From contig JAUYHB010000022.1 in NCBI GenBank assembly GCA_030690305.1, positions 1 through 63,326 on the forward strand: 63,326 nucleotides of DNA, in the 5' to 3' direction. Source of the DNA: a bacterium (GTDB lineage Bacteria; Patescibacteriota; Minisyncoccia; Phycocordibacterales; JAGLPS01). How positions within the stretch are numbered: position 1 is the first letter of the stretch; every line of letters starts with the position of its first letter. Positions 9,674 through 16,788 of the stretch are shown here, piece after piece. Made by a program: the position numbers and the translations under genes. Under the pieces are notes generated by a model. It searched no databases. It saw nothing but the letters and a program-made list of their open reading frames with translations, and was not told the DNA's origin.

Positions 9674-10201
9674 ATGTTTTCCGACCCGGAAAAAAATATT
9701 GAAGAGCTCGGCCTTATGCCCGGCATGCACGTTGCCGATATCGGCGCGGGTTCCGGTTTTTACAGCTTGTCCGCGGCAAAAGCGGTAGGAAACAATGGAA
9801 AAGTGTATGCCATTGATGTCCAGAAAGACTTGTTAAGCAGAATCAAGAATGAAGCACAGCGACAACACATAAAAAACCTTGAAGTGATATGGGGAAATGC
9901 CGAAGAACAGGGGGGAACCAAGTTAAGAGAAAGTTCCGTTGATGCGGCCATAGTCGCCAATCTTTTGTTTCAAATTAAAAACAAAGAAGGTCTAGTCAAA
10001 GAAATAAAACGCATTCTCAAGCCAAAAGGTCGCGTTCTTCTCGTAGACTGGCAGGACTCTTTCGCCGGTATGGGCCCGCAATCGGGAGACGTGGTGCTGC
10101 CTGATTCCTCAAAGGAACTTTTCGAAAAAGGTGGACTTATCTTTGAGCGCCGCATGGGAGCGGGAGCGCAACATTACGGATTTATTTTTTCAAAACCATG
10201 A
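9674..10201 (+). CDS. Class I SAM-dependent methyltransferase
   Basis: Motif I VADIGAGSGFYS and motif II VYAIDV. Confidence 0.7.
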   Translation: MFSDPEKNIEELGLMPGMHVADIGAGSGFYSLSAAKAVGNNGKVYAIDVQKDLLSRIKNEAQRQHIKNLEVIWGNAEEQGGTKLRESSVDAAIVANLLFQIKNKEGLVKEIKRILKPKGRVLLVDWQDSFAGMGPQSGDVVLPDSSKELFEKGGLIFERRMGAGAQHYGFIFSKP

Positions 10202-11493
10202 GCAAATTCCAACTTCTTATAATGTTCGTATTCGGGGCGTTTATCGTGCTCGGTGTCATTATCTTTTCTGCCTCGCGTGGCACATCGACAAAGCCTGAAA
10301 ATAAAGTGACGATTTGGGGGACATTGCCGCTTAGTGATTTCAATACGATGCTCAAGGAACACCCTGTGAGCGAAAATAAAGAATTCGCCATCACGTATGT
10401 CCAAAAGCGCTCTACCGAATTTGACCAGGCATTTATTGAAGCGCTTGCGGAAGGCAAAGGCCCCGACCTTGTCTTCTTGCCGCATGATTCCTTGTGGAAA
10501 CATCAAGGGAAACTGTTTCCCATTCCCTATAAGAGTTATTCCGAGCGCCTTTTCAAAGACACGTTTATAGAAGAGGGGGAGTTATACCTTTCTTCCAGTG
10601 GAATCATGGGATTGCCGATTCTTGTTGACCCATTGATGATGTATTGGAATCGCGACGTATTTTCAAATGCGGGCATTAGCCGACCGCCGGAATATTGGGA
10701 TGAAATGTTTACCCTCGCTCAGACGCTTACCAAAAAAGACGAGTCGTTCAATATCACCGAAAGTGCCGTAGCGCTTGGAGAATTCAGAAACATAGCCAAT
10801 GCCAAAGAAATCATAAGCGCGCTTATTACTCAGGCGGGAGGTCCGATTACACAGCGGACGGACAAAGGGGCGACAGTGGTATTAAATCAAAAACTTGACC
10901 AAACGATTGTTCCCGCGGAAGCGGCTATTAACTTCTATACCGAATTTTCAAACCCCATAAAATTGTTTTATTCCTGGAATCGTTCACTCCCGCGTTCGGA
11001 CAATTTCTTTACGGCGGGTGACCTTGGCATTTACTTTGGTTTTGCCAGTGAGTTGGACCAAATAAAAGCAAAGAATCCAAATATTAATTTTGACGTCGCT
11101 TTGTTCCCGCAATCGCGCGAAGGACAAAATAAAACAACATATGGCCGCGTGCAGGCGCTTTCCGTCGTGAAAAGCAGCCGTAACATCGCCGCGGCAGTTT
11201 CCATCGCGGCTATTCTTACCGACAAAGAACACAGCGCCGCATTGAGTACTATTGCGGGATTGCCCCCTGTACGCCGCGACCTGCTTTCAAAAGCTCCATC
11301 CGGCGACGCGTACAGCATTCTGTTTTATCAAAGCGCCCTCCGCGCCCGAGGCTGGCTCGACCCCGATAGCGTGGCGACAACGGCGATTTTCCAGAGCATG
11401 ATAGAATCAATTACGGCGGGGCGTTTGCGAACGAGTCAGGCGGTTTCCCGCGCCCATTCGGAAATGCAGGATTTATTTAACCAAACAAAATGA
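10198..11493 (+). CDS. Membrane-anchored extracellular solute-binding protein (ABC SBP family 1-like)
   Basis: 431 aa. N-terminal TM anchor, SBP-like length and composition (GKGPDLVFLPHD, YWNRDVF). No permease or ATPase gene is adjacent. Confidence 0.6.
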   Translation: MSKFQLLIMFVFGAFIVLGVIIFSASRGTSTKPENKVTIWGTLPLSDFNTMLKEHPVSENKEFAITYVQKRSTEFDQAFIEALAEGKGPDLVFLPHDSLWKHQGKLFPIPYKSYSERLFKDTFIEEGELYLSSSGIMGLPILVDPLMMYWNRDVFSNAGISRPPEYWDEMFTLAQTLTKKDESFNITESAVALGEFRNIANAKEIISALITQAGGPITQRTDKGATVVLNQKLDQTIVPAEAAINFYTEFSNPIKLFYSWNRSLPRSDNFFTAGDLGIYFGFASELDQIKAKNPNINFDVALFPQSREGQNKTTYGRVQALSVVKSSRNIAAAVSIAAILTDKEHSAALSTIAGLPPVRRDLLSKAPSGDAYSILFYQSALRARGWLDPDSVATTAIFQSMIESITAGRLRTSQAVSRAHSEMQDLFNQTK

Positions 11494-11852
11494 AACGCAC
11501 TCTTTTGGTAGTTGTTTTTTTTGCACTTCTCCCGATTCTGGTTTTTGCCCAAGGGGGCCTTATTCCTTGCGATGGGGTAGACACCAAATGTGGTTTTCCG
11601 CAACTCATTGAACTGGGTAATAACATCATTAACTTCCTGGTTATTGCTTCGATTCCGCTTGCTGTTATCAGTTTTATTTATGCCGGCTTTCTTTATCTTA
11701 CTGCGGGAGGTAACGAGGGGAAAATCAAACAGGCACACAGTATTTTCTGGAAAGTTTTGTGGGGCTTCATTATCATTCTCACCGCTTGGCTTATCGTTCA
11801 ACTTATTATTAACGCTTTCTTGGTGCCGGGTTATTCACTTCTTGAAAATTAA
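11490..11852 (+). CDS. T4SS-pilin-like (TrbC/VirB2-type) small membrane protein, paralog 1 of 6
   Basis: Signal peptide (ALLPILVFAQGG) plus two TM helices. The ATG overlaps the SBP stop (ATGA). Confidence 0.65.
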   Translation: MKRTLLVVVFFALLPILVFAQGGLIPCDGVDTKCGFPQLIELGNNIINFLVIASIPLAVISFIYAGFLYLTAGGNEGKIKQAHSIFWKVLWGFIIILTAWLIVQLIINAFLVPGYSLLEN

Positions 11853-11853
11853 T

Positions 11854-12213
11854 ATGAAACGATTTTTATTGTCTTTTTCTTTTCTGTCACTTCTTCCGTA
11901 TGTCGTACTTGCCCAAAGCGGCGGGGGAGGCGGAGGCACGATGCTTGAAAATCCTTTCAAAGGGGGAGCCGATTCGTTGGGTGATTTTGTTCAAATACTT
12001 GCAAACGACGTTGTAATGCCCCTCGGCGCGGTTGTTGTGGTGCTGTATATGATTTATTCCGGCTTTCTTTTTGTTGTGGCTCAAGGCAATCCTGCCAAAC
12101 TTGAGGAAGCAAAACGGGCTTTTCTGTATTCATGCATTGGTGCGATAGTTCTTCTTGGCGCGTGGACAATTGCCCAGGTTATTCAAAATACCATTGACCA
12201 AATCACTCAATAA
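11854..12213 (+). CDS. T4SS-pilin-like small membrane protein, paralog 2
   Basis: Internal ATG at 11854 of track ORF 11590..12213, 1 nt after the previous stop. MKRFLLSFSFLSLLPYVVLAQSGGGGGG signal peptide followed by two TM helices. Confidence 0.65.
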   Translation: MKRFLLSFSFLSLLPYVVLAQSGGGGGGTMLENPFKGGADSLGDFVQILANDVVMPLGAVVVVLYMIYSGFLFVVAQGNPAKLEEAKRAFLYSCIGAIVLLGAWTIAQVIQNTIDQITQ

Positions 12214-12215
12214 AT

Positions 12216-12560
12216 ATGACTCGATTATTTTTCTTACTTCTCGCTCTTATATCGCCCGTTTCTTCTTTTGGGCAATCTCCACTCGGTCCGGATAATTTCG
12301 ACGATGTGGTAAGTCTCCTTATCGGTATTATGGGTCTTTTATATCCGGCTCTTGTTGCATTGGCGCTTCTTGTTTTTTTCTGGGGCTTAGCGAAGTTTAT
12401 GTCCGGGGGCGGAAACGAGCAGTCGGTTGAGGACGGAAAGAAACTTATGCTCTGGGGCATCATCGGGTTGTTTGTATTGGTTTCCATGTGGGGAATCGTA
12501 CGCATTTTGGTTGACAGTTTCGGTTTTGACGGAGGATTTCCCCTTGCGCCTGAGTTTTAA
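12216..12560 (+). CDS. T4SS-pilin-like small membrane protein, paralog 3
   Basis: Signal peptide and the conserved core FFWGLAKFMSGGGNEQSVEDGKKLMLWGIIGLFVLVSMWGIV. Confidence 0.65.
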   Translation: MTRLFFLLLALISPVSSFGQSPLGPDNFDDVVSLLIGIMGLLYPALVALALLVFFWGLAKFMSGGGNEQSVEDGKKLMLWGIIGLFVLVSMWGIVRILVDSFGFDGGFPLAPEF

Positions 12561-12571
12561 CACATTCACTT

Positions 12572-12901
12572 ATGAAACATTTCAATATCACTTTGCCAAT
12601 AGCATTTTTCTCTCTTTTTCTGTTTCCTGTGGGAGCGTACGCCATAGACAACCTGCAGGACCTCATCTACCTTTCAGTCGGTCTCTTCAATAATATTATT
12701 TATGTCATATTCTCTTTTGCCCTTCTCATGTTTTTCTGGGGTTTGGCGAAATTTATTGCAAGCGCGGGGAACGATAAATCTATTGCCGACGGGAAACGCC
12801 TGATGTTGTGGGGCGTTATAGCTCTTTTTGTCATGGCTTCAGTGTGGGGTATTGTTGCCTTTCTTCAGGACAGCTTTGATATTACGGATCCCTACTTTTA
12901 A
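12572..12901 (+). CDS. T4SS-pilin-like small membrane protein, paralog 4
   Basis: Core FFWGLAKFIASAGNDKSIADGKRLMLWGVIALFVMASVWGIV. Confidence 0.65.
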   Translation: MKHFNITLPIAFFSLFLFPVGAYAIDNLQDLIYLSVGLFNNIIYVIFSFALLMFFWGLAKFIASAGNDKSIADGKRLMLWGVIALFVMASVWGIVAFLQDSFDITDPYF

Positions 12902-13312
12902 CTTTTATTACGACAAGCGAGGAGCGCGTGGACAATTCCGATTGTACACAGCGTCCGAGTCGAAGTCGTAACAAAGGTGAGAAGATCTGGGAAATCTTCG
13001 CAAGACTCATTGAGAGTCCGCCGTAGGCGGAATCCAATGAGTGGACAGAACCTGTAAGGTTTAATACCCCGCCCCTCTGGGGTGGGAGAGAGCGAGTCTT
13101 CGAGCACCAAATGGGTGCAGGGCTTGCCCCGCGGTTAATACCCTTTATTGTAGTTGCAGATTCATCCCCGCGGCAAGCCGCGAGGGTATTCTCTGCAACT
13201 ACAAGAGAGAGGTCGGCGGAGCCGACACTTCTACAACAAAGTTTGCCCTGTTGCCTCGCCCAATACCCCGTCCGCTCCGCGGTGGGGACGGGATGAGGAC
13301 AAACTTTATTTT
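12902..13312 (+). repeat. Composite structured repeat locus A: modules M1 (12928-12977), M2 (12978-13059), M3 (13060-13149), M4 hairpin (13150-13202), M5 (13203-13312)
   Basis: M1+M3 recur at 63186-63326 (reverse strand) without M2. The M2 core recurs at 1264-1326 (reverse strand). M4+M5 recur at 42947-43123 with M4 inverted. The locus is rich in GC hairpins and in a repeated AATACCCC motif. No conserved reading frame is present. Confidence 0.8.
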
Positions 13313-13456
13313 AAGCCGCAATAATCGTCTTAACCTTGACGTCGGCTGTCAACATATTTTCTTGTTTTTCCACATGGGTGCGATACAATGTATGTATCAA
13401 CTTTTTTATAAAAGTAAGGTCGTTATTTAGTTTATCCTTAATAACGTTTTCTAAAA

Positions 13457-13801
13457 ATGAAGAAAGCACTCGCCTTAACAGCGACAATCGCAGCTCCGGC
13501 ATTGGCATTCGCACAGTTGGGTAATGTCGAGGACATCATAAGCGCCATCGGCAGTATCGTTACCCTTCTTATTCCGATTGCCTTTTCTGCCGCTCTTCTC
13601 TTCTTCTTCTGGGGTTTGGCTCAGTACATTCTCTCAGCAGGAAATGAGGAAGCAAAAGCACAAGGTAGAAATATGATGATCTGGGGTATTGTCGCTCTCT
13701 TCGTTATGGCATCGGTCTGGGGTCTTGTCGCCTTTATAGGTGACGCTCTAGGAATCGACCAAAGCGGAGACATAGACGTTCCTGGAGTTCTTAACAACTA
13801 A
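13457..13801 (+). CDS. T4SS-pilin-like small membrane protein, paralog 5
   Basis: Signal peptide ALAFAQ and core FFFWGLAQYILSAGNEEAKAQGRNMMIWGIVALFVMASVWGLV. Confidence 0.65.
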   Translation: MKKALALTATIAAPALAFAQLGNVEDIISAIGSIVTLLIPIAFSAALLFFFWGLAQYILSAGNEEAKAQGRNMMIWGIVALFVMASVWGLVAFIGDALGIDQSGDIDVPGVLNN

Positions 13802-13824
13802 TACGTCGCTTACTTTTAGACTGT

Positions 13825-14082
13825 ATGTCCATTGGAGAGTTTCTCAATAAGGTAAGCGAAGCAATCGTTAACCCTCTGATACGTCTGATGTTTGCGGCCG
13901 CAACAATCGTGTTCGCGTGGGGCATCGTTCAGTTCATAAGCAGTGCACAGAGCGATGAAAAACGCGAAGAAGGAAAAAGAACGATGTTGTGGGGCATCAT
14001 TGGAATGTTTATCATGATATCGGTATACGGTATCGTCGCAGCCCTTCTCGGAACATTCGGAATCGATAGCGACTACTTCTAA
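13825..14082 (+). CDS. T4SS-pilin-like small membrane protein, paralog 6 (no obvious signal peptide)
   Basis: Core FAWGIVQFISSAQSDEKREEGKRTMLWGIIGMFIMISVYGIV. Confidence 0.6.
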   Translation: MSIGEFLNKVSEAIVNPLIRLMFAAATIVFAWGIVQFISSAQSDEKREEGKRTMLWGIIGMFIMISVYGIVAALLGTFGIDSDYF

Positions 14083-14102
14083 AGTAAACCAGTATAGAAC
14101 AC

Positions 14103-14134
14103 AAAATCCCTCCGTCTTAAGCGGAGGGATTTTT
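14103..14134 (+). terminator. Intrinsic terminator after the pilin-like array
   Basis: AAAATCCCTCCG-tcttaag-CGGAGGGATTTT. Confidence 0.7.
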
Positions 14135-14140
14135 GTAAAT

Positions 14141-14177
14141 AAAAAGCGGGAAAGATTTTTTTAATCTTTCCCGCTTT
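14141..14177 (-). terminator. Intrinsic terminator of the 14184..14918 gene
   Basis: AAAAAGCGGGAAAGATT-ttttt-AATCTTTCCCGCTTT, with a T-run on the minus strand. Confidence 0.65.
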
Positions 14178-14183
14178 GGTTTT

Positions 14184-14918
14184 CTACTGAGGGTTTTGAA
14201 TATTAAGTCGCACCTCAACATCCTCTTGTGTTGCGGATTGGAAGCGGACGGCATATGTCGGGCTGGGTATTGAGACATCGGTATCTTTTTCGATGCGATA
14301 TACCTCACCAGTATTAACCCTCATTACCTTAATTGGGTTTGGCCTTGATTCGAATTCCCATCGTGCTCCCCGAGGAATGTGAACAATTTCGCTCCACGTT
14401 TCCCGAGGTGCTATGACGGAGAATTCTCCCAGTCGGTACTGCACCTCCTCTTTGACAACTTTTTGTGGTTCTTTTTTCTTTTCGAAAAAGGCGTCCACAG
14501 ACTTTTGGTCCATTCCCAAAATATTAAGGAAAAGAACCACAAAGAGAAGAATCACGATGGAGATCTTCTTTTTGAAGTCGAAAAAGACAGAAAGAAGAAT
14601 ACCACCGATGCTTACAAACCAGAAGAGATTCCCGTTGGCAAACCACTTGTGCCATGTTGTGGGCGAAAGCCCCCAAACGATTCCATAGGCGACAATGAGA
14701 GCAATAAGGAACTGCCACGCATGCGCCGGGATCCAAGAGGGGATAACGTTTCTCCAATCCTTGAGCCGGTCCAGGATTGAGTAATCAACCTTCTCTCCCT
14801 TTGCTGCTTTCAATTTTGCTGTTTTTTTCTCTGTTTCCGGTTTGATTTTACTTAGGAGCCAGAGACCAGCTCCAGCGATTGCAGTAAAAATTACCGTTCC
14901 AACAAGTATTTTAAACAT
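14184..14918 (-). CDS. Multi-pass membrane protein with a C-terminal beta-rich soluble domain (hypothetical)
   Basis: Start moved to ATG 14918 (AAGGAGG, 9 nt, ATG); the track start at 14927 is a GTG abutting the SD. About 4 TM segments. Confidence 0.5.
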   Translation of the reverse strand: MFKILVGTVIFTAIAGAGLWLLSKIKPETEKKTAKLKAAKGEKVDYSILDRLKDWRNVIPSWIPAHAWQFLIALIVAYGIVWGLSPTTWHKWFANGNLFWFVSIGGILLSVFFDFKKKISIVILLFVVLFLNILGMDQKSVDAFFEKKKEPQKVVKEEVQYRLGEFSVIAPRETWSEIVHIPRGARWEFESRPNPIKVMRVNTGEVYRIEKDTDVSIPSPTYAVRFQSATQEDVEVRLNIQNPQ

Positions 14919-15007
14919 ATTAGCCACCCTCCTTTAAGATAGATTTTTTAAAGAACTGCTTTGAATTCCTAAGAACTATTATAGCATATTTTACAATTTA
15001 GTCAAAT

Positions 15008-15045
15008 AAAAAGCCGGTCACGAAATCGTGACCGGCTGGTTTTTC
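15008..15045 (-). terminator. Intrinsic terminator of the SPFH gene
   Basis: AAAAAGCCGGTCAC-gaaatc-GTGACCGGCT, with a T-run on the minus strand. Confidence 0.7.
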
Positions 15046-15046
15046 A

Positions 15047-16177
15047 CTATGTACTAACATCGTCTTTCTTTTTCTCTTTCTCCTTTTCAGTACCCTTTTT
15101 TTTCTTTTTGGGTTCAGTAGAAATCGGCAATAAGGTGGTGACACCTGTTTGTCCTCCACTATTTATTACCAAAGTACTAATCTCACTCTCTTGCCCCAGA
15201 TTTCTGGTGGCAAGGTCAGTTTTAAGAAGATCAACACCTCCCTCGTATTTGTCTGCTACTTCGAGGAGTTTTTTCAAACCCTCTGCCTCTCCTGTTCTTC
15301 TTAAGAGGGCCGCTTGTTGATCCCCCTCTGCATCTTTGATTTTTGCTTCCTTGTTAAGTCTGGCAATTTCGATTGCTTGCAGAGCTTTGGTAACATCTGC
15401 CTGTGAAGCGGAAGGTTCAAGTTCCACAAAGTTAACCTGGGAAATCTCCACTCCATAATTTTCTCTCAGGCTATTATTGATAGACGTTACCTTTTTTACC
15501 AGGTCGGCATCATTCCCCTCCTTGTCCTGAGATCGGAGTGTCTCGAAATCCACCGTACCGCAATAAGAGACAAGTGCTCCCTGTATTGCTGCGATTACAG
15601 GAGAGAACCATTGCCCTTTGAATACAAAGATGGGCTTGTAGGGAAATACAACTTGCAGTGTGACAATGATGGTTATGTTGATCTTGAAGTTTCCTTTAAG
15701 TTCAACGTCTATTGCCTCAACAGGGTAGGGGTATTTCCAGAACAACGAATTTACCTGTTCATCACGAGGGACTATTTTATACCCAACCTTTTCTTTGATG
15801 AATTTTTCCCAAATAAACTCATAGGAATACACCCGAGTTCTGGGGTAATCAATACCAACAAAGTAAATTCTTTTTTTGTCCAATCCCAGACGTCTACTTA
15901 ACCATCCAGGAATGCCCACATCATTCGGTGTTCCTTTTCCTTTCACGATTTCCGCTTCCATCCCTTCACCTTTAATGTAGTATCCGGGAATGTTGGCAAG
16001 AATTCGCTTAAGCGTATCGCCCTCGACGATAAATTTTATCTGACCTTCGGGCAATGTCGTGAAGTATATGTCTGCCCGCGCCAGAAAATAAACCGCGAGA
16101 GGAACAAATACAAAAACAACAAGCGAAAGCAGGGCTGCCGCTATCACAAACTGTCCCACAAAGATTAATATTTCCAT
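15047..16177 (-). CDS. SPFH/band-7 (stomatin/flotillin-like) membrane protein
   Basis: N-terminal TM, SPFH-type core and an Ala/Glu-rich coiled region (ALQAIEIARLNKEAKIKDAEGDQQAALLRRTGEAEG). Lys-rich tail. SD AAGGAGG precedes the ATG. Confidence 0.7.
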   Translation of the reverse strand: MEILIFVGQFVIAAALLSLVVFVFVPLAVYFLARADIYFTTLPEGQIKFIVEGDTLKRILANIPGYYIKGEGMEAEIVKGKGTPNDVGIPGWLSRRLGLDKKRIYFVGIDYPRTRVYSYEFIWEKFIKEKVGYKIVPRDEQVNSLFWKYPYPVEAIDVELKGNFKINITIIVTLQVVFPYKPIFVFKGQWFSPVIAAIQGALVSYCGTVDFETLRSQDKEGNDADLVKKVTSINNSLRENYGVEISQVNFVELEPSASQADVTKALQAIEIARLNKEAKIKDAEGDQQAALLRRTGEAEGLKKLLEVADKYEGGVDLLKTDLATRNLGQESEISTLVINSGGQTGVTTLLPISTEPKKKKKGTEKEKEKKKDDVST

Positions 16178-16289
16178 TTCTCTACCTCCTTTAAGGTTTA
16201 GAAAGACAATGTAAAAGAACTGCCTTTTAGCTTTTTCCTAATAAGGACAGTACCACTTTTTTGGTAAAAAGTCAATAGATAGAAAGATA

Positions 16290-16320
16290 AAATAAAGAGC
16301 CTCAATAGGGCTCTTTATTT
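16290..16320 (-). terminator. Terminator after tRNA-Leu(UAG)
   Basis: AAATAAAGAGCC-tcaata-GGCTCTTTATTT. Confidence 0.6.
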
Positions 16321-16321
16321 G

Positions 16322-16406
16322 TGGTGGGCAGAGGGAGACTTGAACTCCCATGGATTGCTCCGCTAGCTCCTAAGGCTAGTGCGTCTACCAATTCCGCCAT
16401 CTGCCC
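16322..16406 (-). tRNA. tRNA-Leu (anticodon UAG), CCA encoded
   Basis: Hand-folded cloverleaf: acceptor GGGCAGA/TCTGCCC, anticodon arm CTAGC-CTTAGGA-GCTAG, long variable arm, T arm GGGAG-TTCAAGT-CTCCC. Confidence 0.85.
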
Positions 16407-16614
16407 GATGATATTTACTAAATACAGGATTTTCGGCTTCTTCGTGTTGTCGCGCTCCGTCTCGGACTCGCTTGTGTGTCGTCACAGATAAATTTGCTGA
16501 CGCAAATTTTCTGCGACCCCGGCTCGTGGTTTTTGCCTTGAGCAAGGCTCAAACAAAAACATCACTGCGCCCCGGACAAGTTAAAAACTTTGCCTTGCAA
16601 ACTTTTTTAACTTG

Positions 16615-16687
16615 TCCGCCCAGCAGGATTCGAACCTGCGACCGTTTGCTTAAGAGGCAACTGCTCTACCAACTGAGCTATGGGCGG
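16615..16687 (-). tRNA. tRNA-Lys (anticodon CUU), no encoded CCA, unusual C1:G72 first pair
   Basis: CCGCCCA-TA-GCTCAGTTGGTAGAGC-A-GTTGC-CTCTTAA-GCAAA-CGGTC-GCAGG-TTCGAAT-CCTGC-TGGGCGG-A. Confidence 0.85.
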
Positions 16688-16788
16688 GAATATATCAATT
16701 TCAAACTTGCATCGTGGCTGTTATCTGCCAAAACAGCTATGGGCGGATAATTCAATACTGTAACAAAGTTTTTTGCGATTGACTAACT

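Noticed and set aside
11590-11853. N-terminal extensions of track ORFs: 11590 for pilin 2, 43003 for dus, 6637, 21654, 28011, 37621, 41322, 44232, 51563, 58653, 59398, 14927, 29250, 36375, 50218 and 61453.
   Set aside because: The extensions overlap the upstream gene, a tRNA or a repeat, or start at GTG/TTG directly abutting an SD. An internal ATG with proper RBS spacing or a native-looking N-terminus (signal peptide, P-loop context) was chosen instead.
12928-13149. The repeats could be the template and variable regions (TR/VR) of a diversity-generating retroelement.
   Set aside because: Differences between copies are T/C changes in stems, not adenine-specific substitutions. No reverse transcriptase ORF is present, and the repeats are not inside a target gene.
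13150-13202. The M4 hairpin resembles a CRISPR repeat, with a GC-rich stem like type I-E repeats.
   Set aside because: Only single copies are present at each locus. There is no repeat-spacer periodicity and no cas gene in the window.
12898-13296. ORFs 12898..13110(-) and 13111..13296(+), plus the analogous 63084..63326(-) and 42899..43114(+), lie over the repeat loci. GAGGAG-cgc-GTG at 12919-12930 looks like an RBS plus start codon.
   Set aside because: The reading frame is not conserved between copies. The 82-nt M2 indel introduces a stop in locus A (V D N S D C T Q R P S R S R N K G E K I W E I F A R L I E S P P stop), whereas locus C reads on into the antisense strand of the ZIP gene. The sequence is dominated by hairpins, and the SD-like spacing is only 3 nt.
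13280-13310. A hammerhead-like string GATGAGGAC...AAAC occurs in module M5.
   Set aside because: There is no CUGA box, no stem II hairpin between the boxes, and the string is not conserved in locus B (GATAAGACGAGG).
16363-16750. Track ORFs overlap tRNA genes: 16363..16545, 16472..16750, 17947..18129, 18099..18800, 25180..25440, 25326..25673, 25486..25773, 29465..29647, 30268..30594 and 46176..46391.
   Set aside because: Each spans a cloverleaf-folding tRNA gene or its flanks, and none has a coding signature.
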